Shown in pieces: positions 43,570-56,793 of a stretch of DNA of 64,000 nt. The stretch lies in the NCBI RefSeq assembly GCF_009914755.1, contig NC_060944.1. The stretch is one strand, 5' to 3'. The translations under genes were made by a program, and so were the position numbers. The stretch comes from the human T2T-CHM13v2.0 reference genome, Homo sapiens. How positions within the stretch are numbered: the first letter of the stretch is position 1; every line of letters begins with the position of its first letter. The notes below the pieces were generated by a model, which made no database searches, was not told where the DNA came from, and was given only the letters and a program-made list of their open reading frames with translations.

Positions 43570-43806
43570 TGTGACCCAGGCGTGGGCAATCAGAGCTCTG
43601 GGGCCCTCTGGATGGGTGATACTTGGTTCATGGATGGGTCCATGACCTCAAGGTCAGGCCAGGGAACACCTGGATCCAACTGTGCCTGAGGCCATTACTC
43701 CTGAGTCAAGTAAGCCCAGAAAGTCTTTTTTTGTTTGTCTGTTTGCTTCAGACTCTTCAAGTTAGGGTTTCTGTCACTTACAACCCAAACAGTCCTGAGT
43801 GATACA
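43570..43806 (+). mobile_element. MLT1J/K-like LTR fragment
   Basis: cctggatccaactgtgcctgaggcc...gttagggtttctgtcacttacaacccaaacagtcctgagtgataca terminus. Confidence 0.65.
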
Positions 43807-43989
43807 GCTGTTACAGCACCTATCATCCTGTAATGTCTCACTTAGGTGCCCATTTTCTCCCCTGGACTGGAGCCCTTGAGGACACACACCATTGTTTGAG
43901 TCATCTGCGTTTCTGACGCCCAGAAGAAGGCCTGGGATATAATATAATCTTCAGGAAATACGTGACAACGACTGGATAGCTCGTCCTTC

Positions 43990-44900
43990 TTTCACTCTGC
44001 AAATATCTACTAAGCACCCACTATGTGCCAGGCACTGTTCTAGGTGTGGGGACACAACAGGGAATAAAAGAGACAAAACCCCCTGCCCTCTGGGAGCTTA
44101 AATTCTAGCGAAGGAAGAGCAGGCAAGAAGCAGAGGAGTCAATCAAATACAAGTGCCACGGAGAAGAGGGAGACAGAGGGGGAGCATGGGAGGAGGGGTG
44201 ACTTTCGATGGGAGGCCAGGGAAGGCTGGGCTGAGAGGGAGAGGCCCAAGACCTGAAGAGGTCATGAGTGCACAAATACCTGGAGAATGTTCCCGACCAA
44301 CAGGACAGCATGTGCAAAGGCCCTGAGGCAGGAGTGTGCTGGGCACTTTTGGCGAAGGAGTCAGAAGACCACAGACTACAGGGCGTTGGGATTTCCTCTG
44401 GGTGAGGTGGGAGGCAGCGGGGGCTCAGATAGGACGAATGTGACCTGATTTACGCAGGGTACATGTGGAGAACCAGGGGCAAGGGTGGAAGCATGGGACA
44501 AGGGAGGAGACGACTGCAAGAGTCCCAGCAGGAGACCATGGTGGCTGAGACCCGGGGCTACCCATGGGAGGTGAGAAGTGGCCGGATCCTGGCTGCTTGT
44601 CCAAGTTGGAGCTGACAGGATTTCCTGATGGGTTGGATGTGGGATGTAAGAGGAAGAGTGGCGTCAAGATGGCCCAAGGAGGTGCCAGAGTGACTGGAAG
44701 GAGGGGGCCGCAAGAGGAGTGGCGGGGAGGAGGCAGCAAGTTTGTGATGCCTGCTGAATGCCCTCATGGAGATGTCGGGTCATCATCTAGAGGTCGGGAC
44801 AGAGGTCAGGGCAAGGAATATAAATTTGAGAAATGCTGGCAGGGCATTTTAAATGATTGAGCAAGATGAGCTCAACTACAGAATGATAATGAAGTGACAG
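43990..44900 (-). mobile_element. L2 LINE fragment
   Basis: caaatatctactaagcacccactatgtgccaggcactgttctagg...gcaaaggccctgaggcagga...ctgacaggatttcctgatgggttggatgtggg. Confidence 0.8.
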
Positions 44901-45807
44901 AGGAAGAGAGGGAAGAAATGGTCCCCATCTCCTTACCACCGGGCTGCCAGTGCCCACCAGCCTCCTGGCTATGTGCCGGGGAGAAGAAACGGTGATAGCA
45001 GCAGGACATCAACTCCTTGTTCTAGAACAGCTTGCTATGGACAATGGAGTTTCACATCCACTGTTTAGCCTGCTCCAAAGAGGTAGGTAGGGCAGGAATT
45101 AGCATTCCCCACCCCAACTCATCACCCAGATAAGAAACTGAGGCTCAGTCAGAGAAGGACAGGCGGGTGCAAGGTGATCCAGGCTAACTCAGCTGGCTGA
45201 GCCACCCGGCCAAGGCCAGGCTGCAGACACCACGTGCTCTCTGCCAAGTGCAGCTCTTCAGGAGCAGAAACAGAGAGACCCCCTCCACCCTACCTTCTGC
45301 GGCTGCCAAAGACCTGACACACGGGGAGGGGCTGAGAATATGTCTTGGCCCGAAGTGTTGTGGTGACTGGCAGACAACAAGTGCTGGCAGCGAATTAGGG
45401 AGCCAGGAGGGGCAGCCAGCACCACACACAGGGCTGGGTCTCCAGGGTCCCCTCAGCACCGGGGGCTCCCTTCTTCCTGGACTTACAGGCCAGCCCCAAG
45501 CCCAGAATCCCACCTCACCCCTCTGTGCCCCCCAACAGCCACCAACTCTTGAGAGAGACACCAGGGATGGGGCATCCTGCTCCCACCTCAGCCACAGGGC
45601 TCAGCCTCAGGGATCGAGACCCAGGTTCAAATCCCAGCTCCAGTGCCAACTGACAATGAGACTTAGAACCAGCTGTAACACCTCTCCAAGCTTCAATGTC
45701 CCCACCTGTAAGACAGGTGGCAAATACAGAAACACTTCCATCATCACTGCCGCCAAAGCAGCGAACATGTGCTGAGCTCTCAGGATGTGCCAGACACTGC
45801 TCTAGAC

Positions 45808-46045
45808 CAGGGCTTCTCCCGCTCAGTGCCACTGACAATTGGGGCCAGGTAATACTGTGTGATAAGGCTGTGCTAGGCACTGTAGGACGTTCAGCAGCAT
45901 CCCTGGACTCTACCTGCTTCATGACAGTAGCAGGTAGAGTCCAGACATCCTTCCTCCCCAGTTGTGACAACCAAAAATATCTCCAGACATTGCCATATGT
46001 CCCCTTTGGGGGAGGGGCCAAACTGCCCTTGTTTGAGAACCACTG
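45808..46045 (-). mobile_element. MER20
   Basis: cccagttgtgacaaccaaaaatatctccagacattgcc...ttgagaaccactg; TSD-like ctctagac / ttctaagc. Confidence 0.92.
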
Positions 46046-46959
46046 TTCTAAGCCCACCAGAACATCAGCTCCAGGAGGACAAAGATCTTTGTCCATTCAT
46101 CAAATCTAGGGCCTGGATTTGAACTTAAGGGACCTGGTTGCACAACTTGCTCAGACACCTGCTATCCTGATTCTCAAAGGCCTATGGGAGGGTTTATGTG
46201 ACCCAATATTACATACAGGTCTGCCCCACAGTAGGTGTTTCTAAATGGTCATTTTTTGTTTGTTCTAAACTCTAGACTTGGTTCATTATTATTAATAACA
46301 GCTAACATAATTAAGCATTTATTATGTGCCAGGTACCAAATGAAACATCTTTTGCACACCATCACTCATTTCAGAGGTACAATGATCCTAGAAGGAAGGG
46401 ATTACTATTACTCCCACTTTATTAAGGACAAAACTAAGGTTCAAACATGTTAAATGACTTGCCCCAGGTCACACTCCCAGTAAGAGGAGGAGCCGGGACT
46501 GAAAGATAACATACCAGCGCCTCTCAGACTTTGGGCTTTCAGATTGGTAAGTTCCCTGACAAGGGAGCAACAAGCATTTAATGAGCACTGACTGTATGCC
46601 AGGCACTGGGCTCAGCATCAGGGATACCAAGGTCAAGATGGCCCCCAAACAGCTCCAACAGCAGGCAGAAGGTGAAGAGGGCTCAGTGCCAGTATGGAGG
46701 GCTGGGGCTGGGGAAAAGGAAGTCAGAGATGCATAAGAGTAGCAGGAATGGCTTCTCAGAAGAGGTATAGGGACAGTTCAAAGGAATCCGATATCCATTC
46801 ATCCATGGAACAGTCAGAGAACGCCTCTTCAAGGTGACATCTCAACAGAACATAGCTGAAGATGGAGGTGAGCCATGCTGACATGAGGGAAAAGACAACT
46901 GGCAGGGAACTGTCTTTTTTAAATTATTGTTAGTCTATATTAATTTGAAAAATAGTGTG

Positions 46960-47600
46960 TTAATTAGAACTAGTGTAGCAATGCCAAAAAAGTATACAAA
47001 GATAAAGTGAAAATTCTTTTTCTACACTCCCCCCCATTCTCAGCCTGAGGCTACCAAGGCTAACATCTGGTGCACATCCTGCAGTATCTTTCTCCACACT
47101 CATAAATACCCATTGAGAGAGCCTTTTTTGTGTTTTTTTTTCTCTACAAAATTGGGGTCCTGCTCTACATTTCACTCAGCAACTTATCCCTCCTTAAAGG
47201 TACAGCACATACAGCCCCTCATGTCCATAGAGACCAACCTCATTCTTTCCAACAGCTGTCCGTTACCCCAACATGTGGATCAACAACCATCCTAATGAGA
47301 CTTTTCTCTGCTAACGGCCACTCACAGAGTTGCCAATTTCTTTTGCCATTAGAAACAAAACTGGAATAAACATCTTTGTAACTTACATCTTTACCTACTT
47401 TTTTTTTCTTGTTTCTATAGGAGAAGTTTCTAAAGGAACTGAATCAAAGGGTATCGTGGGTTTTTATTTTTAAAGACACTGCCAATGTATTTTCCCCCAA
47501 GGCAGCAATCATGAACACTCCCACCAGTGTCCTCTGGGACTGCTTGCTTGCCTGCAGCCAGGCCAGCGCTGGGCATTATGCCTCTTGTGTACGTGTGACG
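46960..47600 (-). mobile_element. Old L1ME-type fragment
   Basis: gttgccaatttcttttgccattagaaacaaaactggaataaacatctttgta...acactgccaa...acactcccaccag. Confidence 0.55.
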
Positions 47601-48455
47601 ACAGTAAGGGATGGAAGGTGACGTTGACTGATAGGGTTTCTCAGCGGAAATGCAGCTCCACACAGTTCCAAAAAACACTGCCAATTCCAGAGCATTCTGG
47701 GCCCAAATGAGGCTAGAGGGGTGTGGGGGAGCAGGCTGTCCACTCAGGGGGCCCTGAGCAAGATGGGGACACCTTCCTCCCAAGCCCCTCCCCATCCTTG
47801 CAAGCCGACTCCTGAGCCTGCACCATCCTCATTTCTGAAATGGATTTCACACCCAGGAGTAACAAAGATGGCTTTGTCAGTAGGAAAGGGGAGGGGGGCA
47901 CTGTTGTCGGAACATTCTGGATCCTGTTCATTCAAAGCTCTGTGTGTGGGGATGGAGAGGGCAGAGTTGGGGAACAACGGGGTGCTTCCTGCTCTGGGGC
48001 TGACCTCAGGCACAGGCACCGTGGGCAGAGCTGGAGCGGCCCCAAATTCCCTGCCATCCCCTCACTGGCACACTCCACAAACATTTGCTGAGAGCTTAGG
48101 CTGTGCCAGGCACTCCGGGAGCACTTTACATTTATCAGCTCATGCAGTTCATCCCCACAGCCCCATCAGCGAGGTCACATCATTAACACCACTGTGCAGA
48201 TGAGAAAATAGAGCTCCAAGAAAAGCAGCCAGGACTCGAGGTCACACAGCTCGTGAGCAGCACAGGAGGACAAAGCAGGGGCAGTGGACTGCCATCTAGC
48301 CACCTGCAGAACAGGCTCTCCTGCCCGGGCTGCTGTGGCAGCCTCCTCCTCAGCCTCCACCCCACCTCCTATCATCTACCCGCACAAGTAGCCAGAGGGA
48401 TCCTGCGAAAACTGAGTCAGATCTGCCCCTCCTCTGCTGAAACACTCCAAGGACA

Positions 48456-48491
48456 ACACCACCTCACTCAGCGACACCACCTCACTCAGCG
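48456..48491 (+). repeat. Perfect 18-bp tandem duplication inside L2
   Basis: acaccacctcactcagcg x2. Confidence 0.95.
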
Positions 48492-49199
48492 TAGAAAGCA
48501 AAGCCCTTACAATGGCCCTCAAGGCCCTGTGCAATCTGCCCACCAGCCTCCCTACTCCTACTGCCACCTCTCTGACTTGACCTCCCATTGCTCTGCCCCT
48601 GGCCATTCCGGCCTCCGTGTGGATCCTAAAACAGGCTCCTGCCTCAGGGCCTTTGCACTTGCTGTTTCCCATGCTTGGAATGCTCTCCCCATAAAGACAG
48701 AGGCAAAGTCCTTTTCCTGATGTTACACCCCTAGAAGGGGCAGAGCCTGGATTCAGGGAAGACAAAATGCACACAGCTGAGTCTTCAATAGAAGAGAAAG
48801 ATGCTGTGTGACTCTGGGTAGGTCAGGGAACCTTTCTGAGCCTCTGCTTCCTCATCGACACAATAAACAGGCAACGCAGGAACACCTTCCCCACCAGGTT
48901 CTTGGGGGGCTATGTTGCTTGGAAAGTGTCCACTGGGCACAGTTCCTCACACATGTGGGCACCAGTGTTATAATGACATCCACAGGGAGAGCTGGAATAG
49001 TCAAGGAAGGCCTCCCAAGGAGGCAGGATAGGAGCAAGGATTCTGAGGTCAGACATGGAAAGGCCAAGAGCCACTGCAAGCAGGCCATGGGCCAACGGGG
49101 CTCCCCTGGGACCCAAGACTTGGGGGAAGGCAAAGCCTTCCAATCTGGGATCGAGGCACCAGCACAGGGGAGAAGAGATGCTCCCACCTGGCATCCCTC

Positions 49200-49385
49200 C
49201 CCATCTTCTGGTCCCAGCACCCTGGGGGCTTCCTTCTGGGAACCACTCCTCCCCCACTACCATGTGGTAGAGCTACATCCCTCACCCAGGAGGCAGCTGC
49301 CCCAGGGAAACAGAGAGAAATTCCCATTCTTACTGAAGGTGGTTTGAGATGGGTTTTCTGTCACTTGCAACCAAAGGATCCTGAC
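49200..49385 (+). mobile_element. MLT1K/L-like LTR 3' fragment
   Basis: gtttgagatgggttttctgtcacttgcaaccaaaggatcctgac terminus. Confidence 0.55.
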
Positions 49386-50126
49386 AACCAGCCGGCTCTT
49401 GCCAATCTCAGCAGTGGTAGCAATGCCATTGTCTTTATTATTGTTCTTGTTATTTCAAAATCTTCAAGATGAGGGAGAAACGAGGCCAGGGGAGAGGCCA
49501 CCAATAGGCTGCCCAAGAGCAGGAAGACACCAAACCTGACCGGGATGGTATCAGGGTCCTGCAACCTAAGAAGAGGCCCAGGCAGGGACCCTCTAACGCC
49601 CCTGGAGGAACCCACTACTTCCTCCCAGGTTCTCCCAAAGGGGCATAAGTGCAGGAAGTAGGACGGACCATGTGGGAACCTCCTGTTTAATAGCTGATGT
49701 TGCAGAAAAGAGAAGGGAGCCATTGCCCACAGGCCACAGGAAGTGGAAGTCTGGGAAACAGATTCGCACCCTCTAAGAGAGACCCACCTTCTCCCCTTTT
49801 CATCTCAAAGAACAAGAAGGACCACTCACAAACTGGAAAACAAGTCTCCAACTTAAAACCCCTATAGGAGCTGGGCAGGTAACAGGGAATGCTGTGCGCG
49901 GCTCCTTAGTAAAAGCAATGACTATTGTATCCTTTTAACAGAGAAGAGTGTCTTTGCCTAGTAAACACACAGGAATACTCTTCTCTTCCAAAGAGAAACC
50001 TGCTACCTTCCACTTTCCTTAAAACACATAACCCTCTTGGTCTTTCAGTTTTCCATCTGATACACGCAAGGGTTAGAAGAAACATTCCTCTGTCCTCTTA
50101 ATTCTACAATTAAAAAAAAAAAACCA

Positions 50127-50430
50127 GGCCTAGTACAGTGGCTCATGCCTGTAATCCCAACACTTTGGGAGGCTGAGGCAGGAGAATCGCTTAAGTCCAG
50201 GAGTTCAAGACCAGCCTGGGCAACATAGTGAGACCCTTATCTCTAAAAAAAATTTTTTAATTAGCTGGGCATGGTGACACACACCTGTAGTTACAGCTAC
50301 TCAGGAGGCTGAGGTGGGAAGGTCACCCCAGGAGGGGTTGGAGGCTGCAGTGAGCTATGATCACACCACTGCACTCCAGCCTGGGCAGCAAGGCAAGATC
50401 TCACCTCAATTAAAAAAAAAAAAAAAAAAA
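50127..50430 (+). mobile_element. Alu (AluJ)
   Basis: gcctgggcaacatagtgagacc and gaggctgcagtgagctatgatc are AluJ diagnostics. Confidence 0.93.
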
Positions 50431-50736
<306 letters not shown>

Positions 50737-51004
50737 TAAAAACCAGCAGGGCAAGTGCCATAATAAATGGCAACCAATGTTTGGTCTCAGTGTTAGGAAC
50801 ATGTTATGGAGGGGTGGAGACTGTGGCTAAATGAAGACTGAAGCCCTGTGCCCTGCAGAAGGGGCAGCTGCTCTTCAGGTCCAGCCAAACCAAACGTTGC
50901 CTGCAGAAGAGCAAGTGACACATCTTCTGATTACTAAGAAGCCAGAAATAATAGGTTTTTGTATGAAATGTCTTCATTTTTCATTGCTGGCAAGTAAATA
51001 ACAA

Positions 51005-51140
51005 TTTTTTTTTTATTATTATTAAACATGGGGTTTCACTATGTTTGCCAGGCTGGTCACGAACTCCCGACCTCAGGTGATCCACCCACCTCAGCCTCCC
51101 AAAGTGCTGGGATTACAGGCCTGAGCCACTGTACCCAGCC
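51005..51140 (-). mobile_element. Alu left-arm fragment within a MER102/103-like relic (~50745-51230)
   Basis: ctcccgacctcaggtgatccacccacctcagcctcccaaagtgctgggattacaggc. Confidence 0.88.
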
Positions 51141-51331
51141 TAAACAAAAAATTTTAAAACAATCCCGTGCAGGCTGACAAAACCCACATATGAGCCTAAC
51201 CTGGACTTAGGACCCCTGGGTTTGGAACCAGTGGTTCTGATCATAAGTAAAAGGAGGGGCCCTGCTTTCATCACATCTGTGGCCTCAGTAGCTTGTACAA
51301 GGCCTGGCCCACAGCAAGGGTACGATCAATG

Positions 51332-51578
51332 ACTTCTGACCAGAGTTGGATACACACACACACACACGTGTGCATGCAAACTACTGACCAGACCTGGATA
51401 CACACACACACGTGTGCATGCACTCTACTGACAAGACCTGGATACACACCCCCACACACACACACACACGTACGTGTGCATGCACACTACTGACCAGACC
51501 TGGATACACACACACACGTGTGCATGCACACTACTGACCAGACCTGGATACACACACACACCCCTCACACTACTGATC
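51332..51578 (+). repeat. Compound minisatellite, about 5 units of ~44 bp with a variable (CA)n core
   Basis: Unit actactgaccagacctggata(ca)ncgtgtgcatgcac. Confidence 0.95.
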
Positions 51579-52062
51579 ACTGAAGTCAAAGAATCTGAAA
51601 GTGAAGTTTCCTAGAGACAAGGGAATCCCCTAGGACAAAACATTCATCCAACTCATTTGGATACAACTTAAACCTCCCTCTCTGTCCTCCAAGGAGTCTT
51701 AGCTGTTGGACAAAAGCAGACTATCACGGAATAGGAGTCAGAAAACCTGGGTTTCGGTTCCATCTCAACCGCAGACCCACTTGGGATCCCCAGGCCAAGT
51801 GACTGAACAGCTCGGTGCCTCAATTTCCCCTTCCTGAAAAGCGAGATGATTGGATGAGATGATGTCTCAGTGTCTTCCAGCTCCAACAGCCGGTTTCCAG
51901 GATTCTAGTGCTAATAATTTCTTTGGGCTAATAAGGACCAAAGGGTCCTAAACCCAGGTTTTTTCAGCCCTCAGTTACTAAATTGACAAAAGAACCGGTA
52001 GCAATCAACAAAGATGCAGATGGACTGTCATTGTGAAAAACTGAAAACTACCTAAATGCCCC

Positions 52063-52348
52063 AATATAAGAGGAATGGGTAAATAATATAAGAGGAATGG
52101 GTAAATAACATAAGAGGAATGGGTAAATAATATAAGAGGAATGGGTAAATAACATAAGAGGAATGGGTAAATAACATAAGAGGAATGGGTAAATAATATA
52201 AGAGGAATGGGTAAATAATATAAGAGGAATGGGTAAATAATGTAAGAGGAATGGGTAAATAATGTAAGAGGAATGGGTAAAAAATATAAGAGGAATGGGT
52301 AAATAATGTAAGAGGAATGGGTAAATAATATAAGAGGAATGGGTAAAT
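52063..52348 (+). repeat. Minisatellite, 13 x 22 bp
   Basis: Unit aa(t/c)(a/g)taagaggaatgggtaaat, 13 copies counted with no indels. Confidence 0.98.
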
Positions 52349-53194
52349 AATAATTTTACTAGAATGCTATTATTAAATTATATATTAGTATAATAATTCT
52401 TATAAGTATAGCTAATATATATGGAATGCTTACTATGTACCTCGCATTGTTCTGATAGCTTTGCAGGTCCTAATTCACCTAATTCCCCCCTCAATCTAAG
52501 AAGAGGGCACTATTTTAGGAGATGAGGAAACCGAGGCACACACAGATGGAGCAGCTGGGCCACTGACCACACAGCAGGCAGGCAGTCAGGATTTGAACTG
52601 GACAGTGGCCATGATCCAGCCCCCACATTTCATTACGAAGCCATGAAAGGCTTGCTGATGGAGAGCATTTAGCAGTGACACGAGGAAGTATGCACAAGCA
52701 GTACCTGCTGTCGTGTACCAGGCTCAGACCAAATGCAAGGAACAAAGAGGAAATATACCCAAAGATGAAACAGCTATTTGGAAGGGTGAGATCTTTTTAT
52801 TCATCTTTATTTCCCAAATTTTCTAAAATGAGCGCAGTAACTGCAAACACAGTCATACGTGGTGGGCGTCCTAGGGAGCCGGCTCCACACCCAGCACTCA
52901 CCTACTCTACTCCACCCCCAACGGCCCAGATGTCGGCCTGCCCTGCATCCTGCTGTATCCCAGCATCTGGGCCAGGCACACAGTAGGTGCTTAACACAAT
53001 GTGTTGGAACAAGGGAACAAGTCTATGAGGTAGGGACAGCGATTTCCCCATTTTATAGCTGAAGAAACTGAGGTCCAAGAATCAGCTTCCCGAGGTCACA
53101 GAGCTGGTCACAGAGCTTGGCTCTGGGACAAGCATGAGCACATCTCAGTGGAGACTCTCTACTGAGGACAATCAAAATCACCAGAGCTGGACTG

Positions 53195-53560
53195 CCAAAT
53201 ACAATGCGTGATCCAGGACTAGATCCTGGACTGGGGGTGGGGATGGGCGAGGAGATGGGTATAGGGAACACTTGGGGAGAAATAGTGAAATCTGAATATA
53301 GACTGTGCATTGTATCATTTAGTATAAATGTTGACTTGCCTGATTTTGTTGTTGAAGGCACTGTGGTTACACAAGAGAACGTCTGTCTTCCTAAGTGATG
53401 CATGCCAAGGTTTGCAGGGGCATCCTGTCTGCAATTACTCTCAAATAGATCAAAATAATAATAACGTGTGTGTGCATGATGGAGACAGGGAAGAAGAAAG
53501 GAAAGGGAGAGGGGGAGCGATCAAATAAAAAGTTACCAAAAAGTTAACTCTGAAAAGAAC
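53195..53560 (+). mobile_element. L1MC-type 3' UTR fragment
   Basis: atgcgtgatccaggactagatcctggac...gaaatctgaatatagactgt...ctgtggttacacaagagaacgtc. Confidence 0.6.
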
Positions 53561-54024
53561 ATATTAAATTGCCCAGAAATACAACATGTTTGGTTTTGTG
53601 CCTAGACTGCCATATGCGTGTAGAAATGAATAATATATGCAGCCAGGTATACACACAAAATATCATTTTACCATACTGGGTTCCATAAGAGCGCCTGTAG
53701 CTGAACAGACATAAGGGAATGTGCTTTTGATACTGACACCTCCACTGTATTTACTACCTTTGTGTTCAAGGGGAAATAAATCTTTAAAACCACCCAATCA
53801 ACAGCTTGGTGGGCCACTGGCTGGTGGCTGAGACCACCCAGAGCTCCCTGACGTGGCAAATAAAACTTTCCAATCCCTTTGCCCTCCCCAGTGTGGTAAG
53901 GGCAGGAGGCCAAGGAACCCAGGCTGCGGCTGCCCCTACACGTGGGTTCATGCTCCCAAGACACAGTCATGGCCAGGAAGGCCTCTGCCACAGAGTGGGC
54001 CCCATTCAGCCCCTTTTGCTCATG

Positions 54025-54500
54025 CATTCATTTCTTCCACAAATGCTAACACAGTCCCCATTAAGTGCTAATCACCAGGGACTTGGCCATGAACACAGCA
54101 GACAAGGGCTGTGACCTCATGCAACTTACATTCTAATGGGAGAGACAGATACTAAACAAATAAATCAACAAGATAATTCCAGGCAGTGACAGGTCAAGAA
54201 GAAAATCAGTGCAGTGGCGTAGAGAAAGGGACTAGAAGGCTCTCTGAGGAAGCGGCACTTGAGCTGAGAGCTGAAAGAGAAAGGGGGGTCCTTGGTACAA
54301 ATCAGGGTTCCAAGAGCTCCAGGTAATAGGAAGAGCAAAGGAAAAGGCTTAGAGGCTGGAGCCAGTTGAATACAGTGCAAGAATAGAAAGAAATGTGGTG
54401 GGGCCTGGACAGAATGAACAAGGCGGGGAGATGAGGTCTGCACAGTGAGCTAAAGCTGGATCACATAATACCTTCTAAGCCATCATAAGGAGCTGGGATT
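54025..54500 (-). mobile_element. L2 LINE 3' fragment
   Basis: cattcatttcttccacaaatg...cttacattctaatgggagagacagatactaaacaaataa. Confidence 0.65.
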
Positions 54501-54594
54501 CGATTAACCTCCATGTTCCACCTCCAGCAGAGTGAGGATGGGGGAGGAAGAGGACTCCTTGTGCTGTTAATGTCCGTAGCAAACAAACCAGAAT

Positions 54595-55320
54595 GAAATG
54601 GCAGGGTGTTGGAGCTAAACCGAACCCTGTCAGTAATTACATTAAATATACATAAGCTAAACAGTCTAATTAAAAGGTTGCGACTGTCAGAATGGATTTA
54701 GAAAAGCAAGACCCAACTATATGATGCCTGTAGGAGATGCACTTGGAATATAAAGACACAGAGGCAGAAACGAAAAAAATGGAAAACAGTAAGCAGAAGA
54801 AAGGCAACATGGCTATAGCAATATCAGACAAAATAGGCTTCAAGACAAGGAGCATTATCAGAGATAAAAAGGAGTATTTCATAATGATAAAAGGATCAAT
54901 TCACCAGGAAGACATAATCATAAATGTGTATTTCCAGCAAGAGAACTTTAAAATGCAAAAAGTAATAACTGACAGAACTCAAAGGAGAAAAACATAAATC
55001 TATAGTCACAGATGGAGACTTCCAGAGCCTTCTCTCAATAACTACCAGAACAAGGAGACCAAGCATCTGTAAGGATATACAGATCTGAACAACACTAACA
55101 ACCACCTTGATCCAAATGACATTTGTAGAACACTGCACCCAACGACAGCAGAAGACACATTCTTTTCAAATGTACATGAAATGGTCCCTAAGGTAGACTA
55201 TCTGCTGGGTCATAAACCAAGTCTCAATTTCAAAGGATTGAAAACCCACAGAATATGTTCTCTGAACACAAATTGGAAATCACTAAACAATGAGTTATCT
55301 GGAAAAGCCCTAATATGTGG
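54595..55320 (+). mobile_element. L1 ORF2 endonuclease-domain relic (old L1M)
   Basis: ORF 54737..54997 contains KKGNMAIAISDKIGFKTRSIIRDKKEYFIMIKGSIHQEDI, typical of L1 EN; frameshifts and stops present. Confidence 0.9.
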
Positions 55321-55528
55321 AGATCAATGCAATCAGATGGGCTTCCTCACTCCCCACCCCACACTCAGAGTAAACAGCACAGACAACATCTGGCGTAAAT
55401 GTCCCCTGGGAGAAAGCAGTCAGGCATCTGTCCCGTGGCCAGGTCTAAGCCTACACTCCTAGGTAACGGGGGTACCAGGATGGGGTAGATGCTCTGGTTT
55501 CAACTTCAACAACCCAGTTGGCAAATCA

Positions 55529-55918
<390 letters not shown>

Positions 55919-56129
55919 TTACCAGCGAGGAAACCACACCTCATAATACAGCCCACCTGCCCCGTCTCGCTCAGAATGAGCCAGAATGAGGCCAACAGCC
56001 AATCAGTTCACCTTACTCAGGGTTCACTCTGGGCAGGGCCAGAGAGGGAGTAAATAAAGTAAAGCACAGTGGTCACAAATATGGGCTCTGGAGTAGAATA
56101 ATCCTGAGTTCAAACCCACCACTGACCAC

Positions 56130-56793
56130 TGTTGGTGGGCAGAACCCTGAGATGGCCCCAGGATCACTGCCCCCTGTGTCCACGCCCTGGAGGATCCTTT
56201 CCCATTTCATGTAAGTGGGACTGTCATTGTGACTGGTAAATGACAGAGGCGAAGGGATTTTGCAGATATAATCAGGGTCCAAAATCAGCTGACTGAGTGA
56301 GCCTGACCTAATCAGGTAAAGCCTTAAAAGACGCCTGCGGGGGATAAAGCAGGGAGAAGAGTACAAGTACACTTCTAGGCCCTTCCTAAAGGAAGAGATT
56401 CAAAGCAAGTGATTCACCTGCTGGCCGTGATGTGGCTATGTTGTGGCAGGACCACACCCCTAAGACTCAAGGCACCTCTAGGAAGTGAGGGTGATCACCA
56501 GCCAATACCCTGCAAAAAATGGGGACCCCGGCTCCACAATGCACGCAACTAAATTCTGCCAACAACCCTATGCAGATCCCTCCCATGCCCCACACCCTCC
56601 TCGCTCCAAGCATCAGATGAGATCACAGCCCGGGTCAACACCCTGATGGCAGCCTCATGAGACCTTCAGTAGAAAACCCAGTTACATTGCACCCAGACTT
56701 CTGGCCCACAGAAACTTCGAGGTAATTAACAGGCGTTATTTTAAGCCACTAAATGTGTGGTAACTTGTTTGGCAGCAACAGATAACTAATACG
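56130..56793 (+). mobile_element. MLT1E-like MaLR solo LTR inserted in a MIR
   Basis: gaagggattttgcagatataatc...aaattctgccaacaacc...ttttaagccactaaatgtgtggtaacttgtt...gataactaatacg; MIR halves at ~56065-56129 and ~56794-56900. Confidence 0.85.

Noticed and set aside
51332-52348. Tandem arrays as CRISPR-like repeat-spacer structures
   Set aside because: No unique spacers, no cas genes and a primate genomic context; these are minisatellites.
54737-54997. ORF with an endonuclease-like peptide
   Set aside because: Fragment of a dead L1 ORF2, disrupted on both sides.
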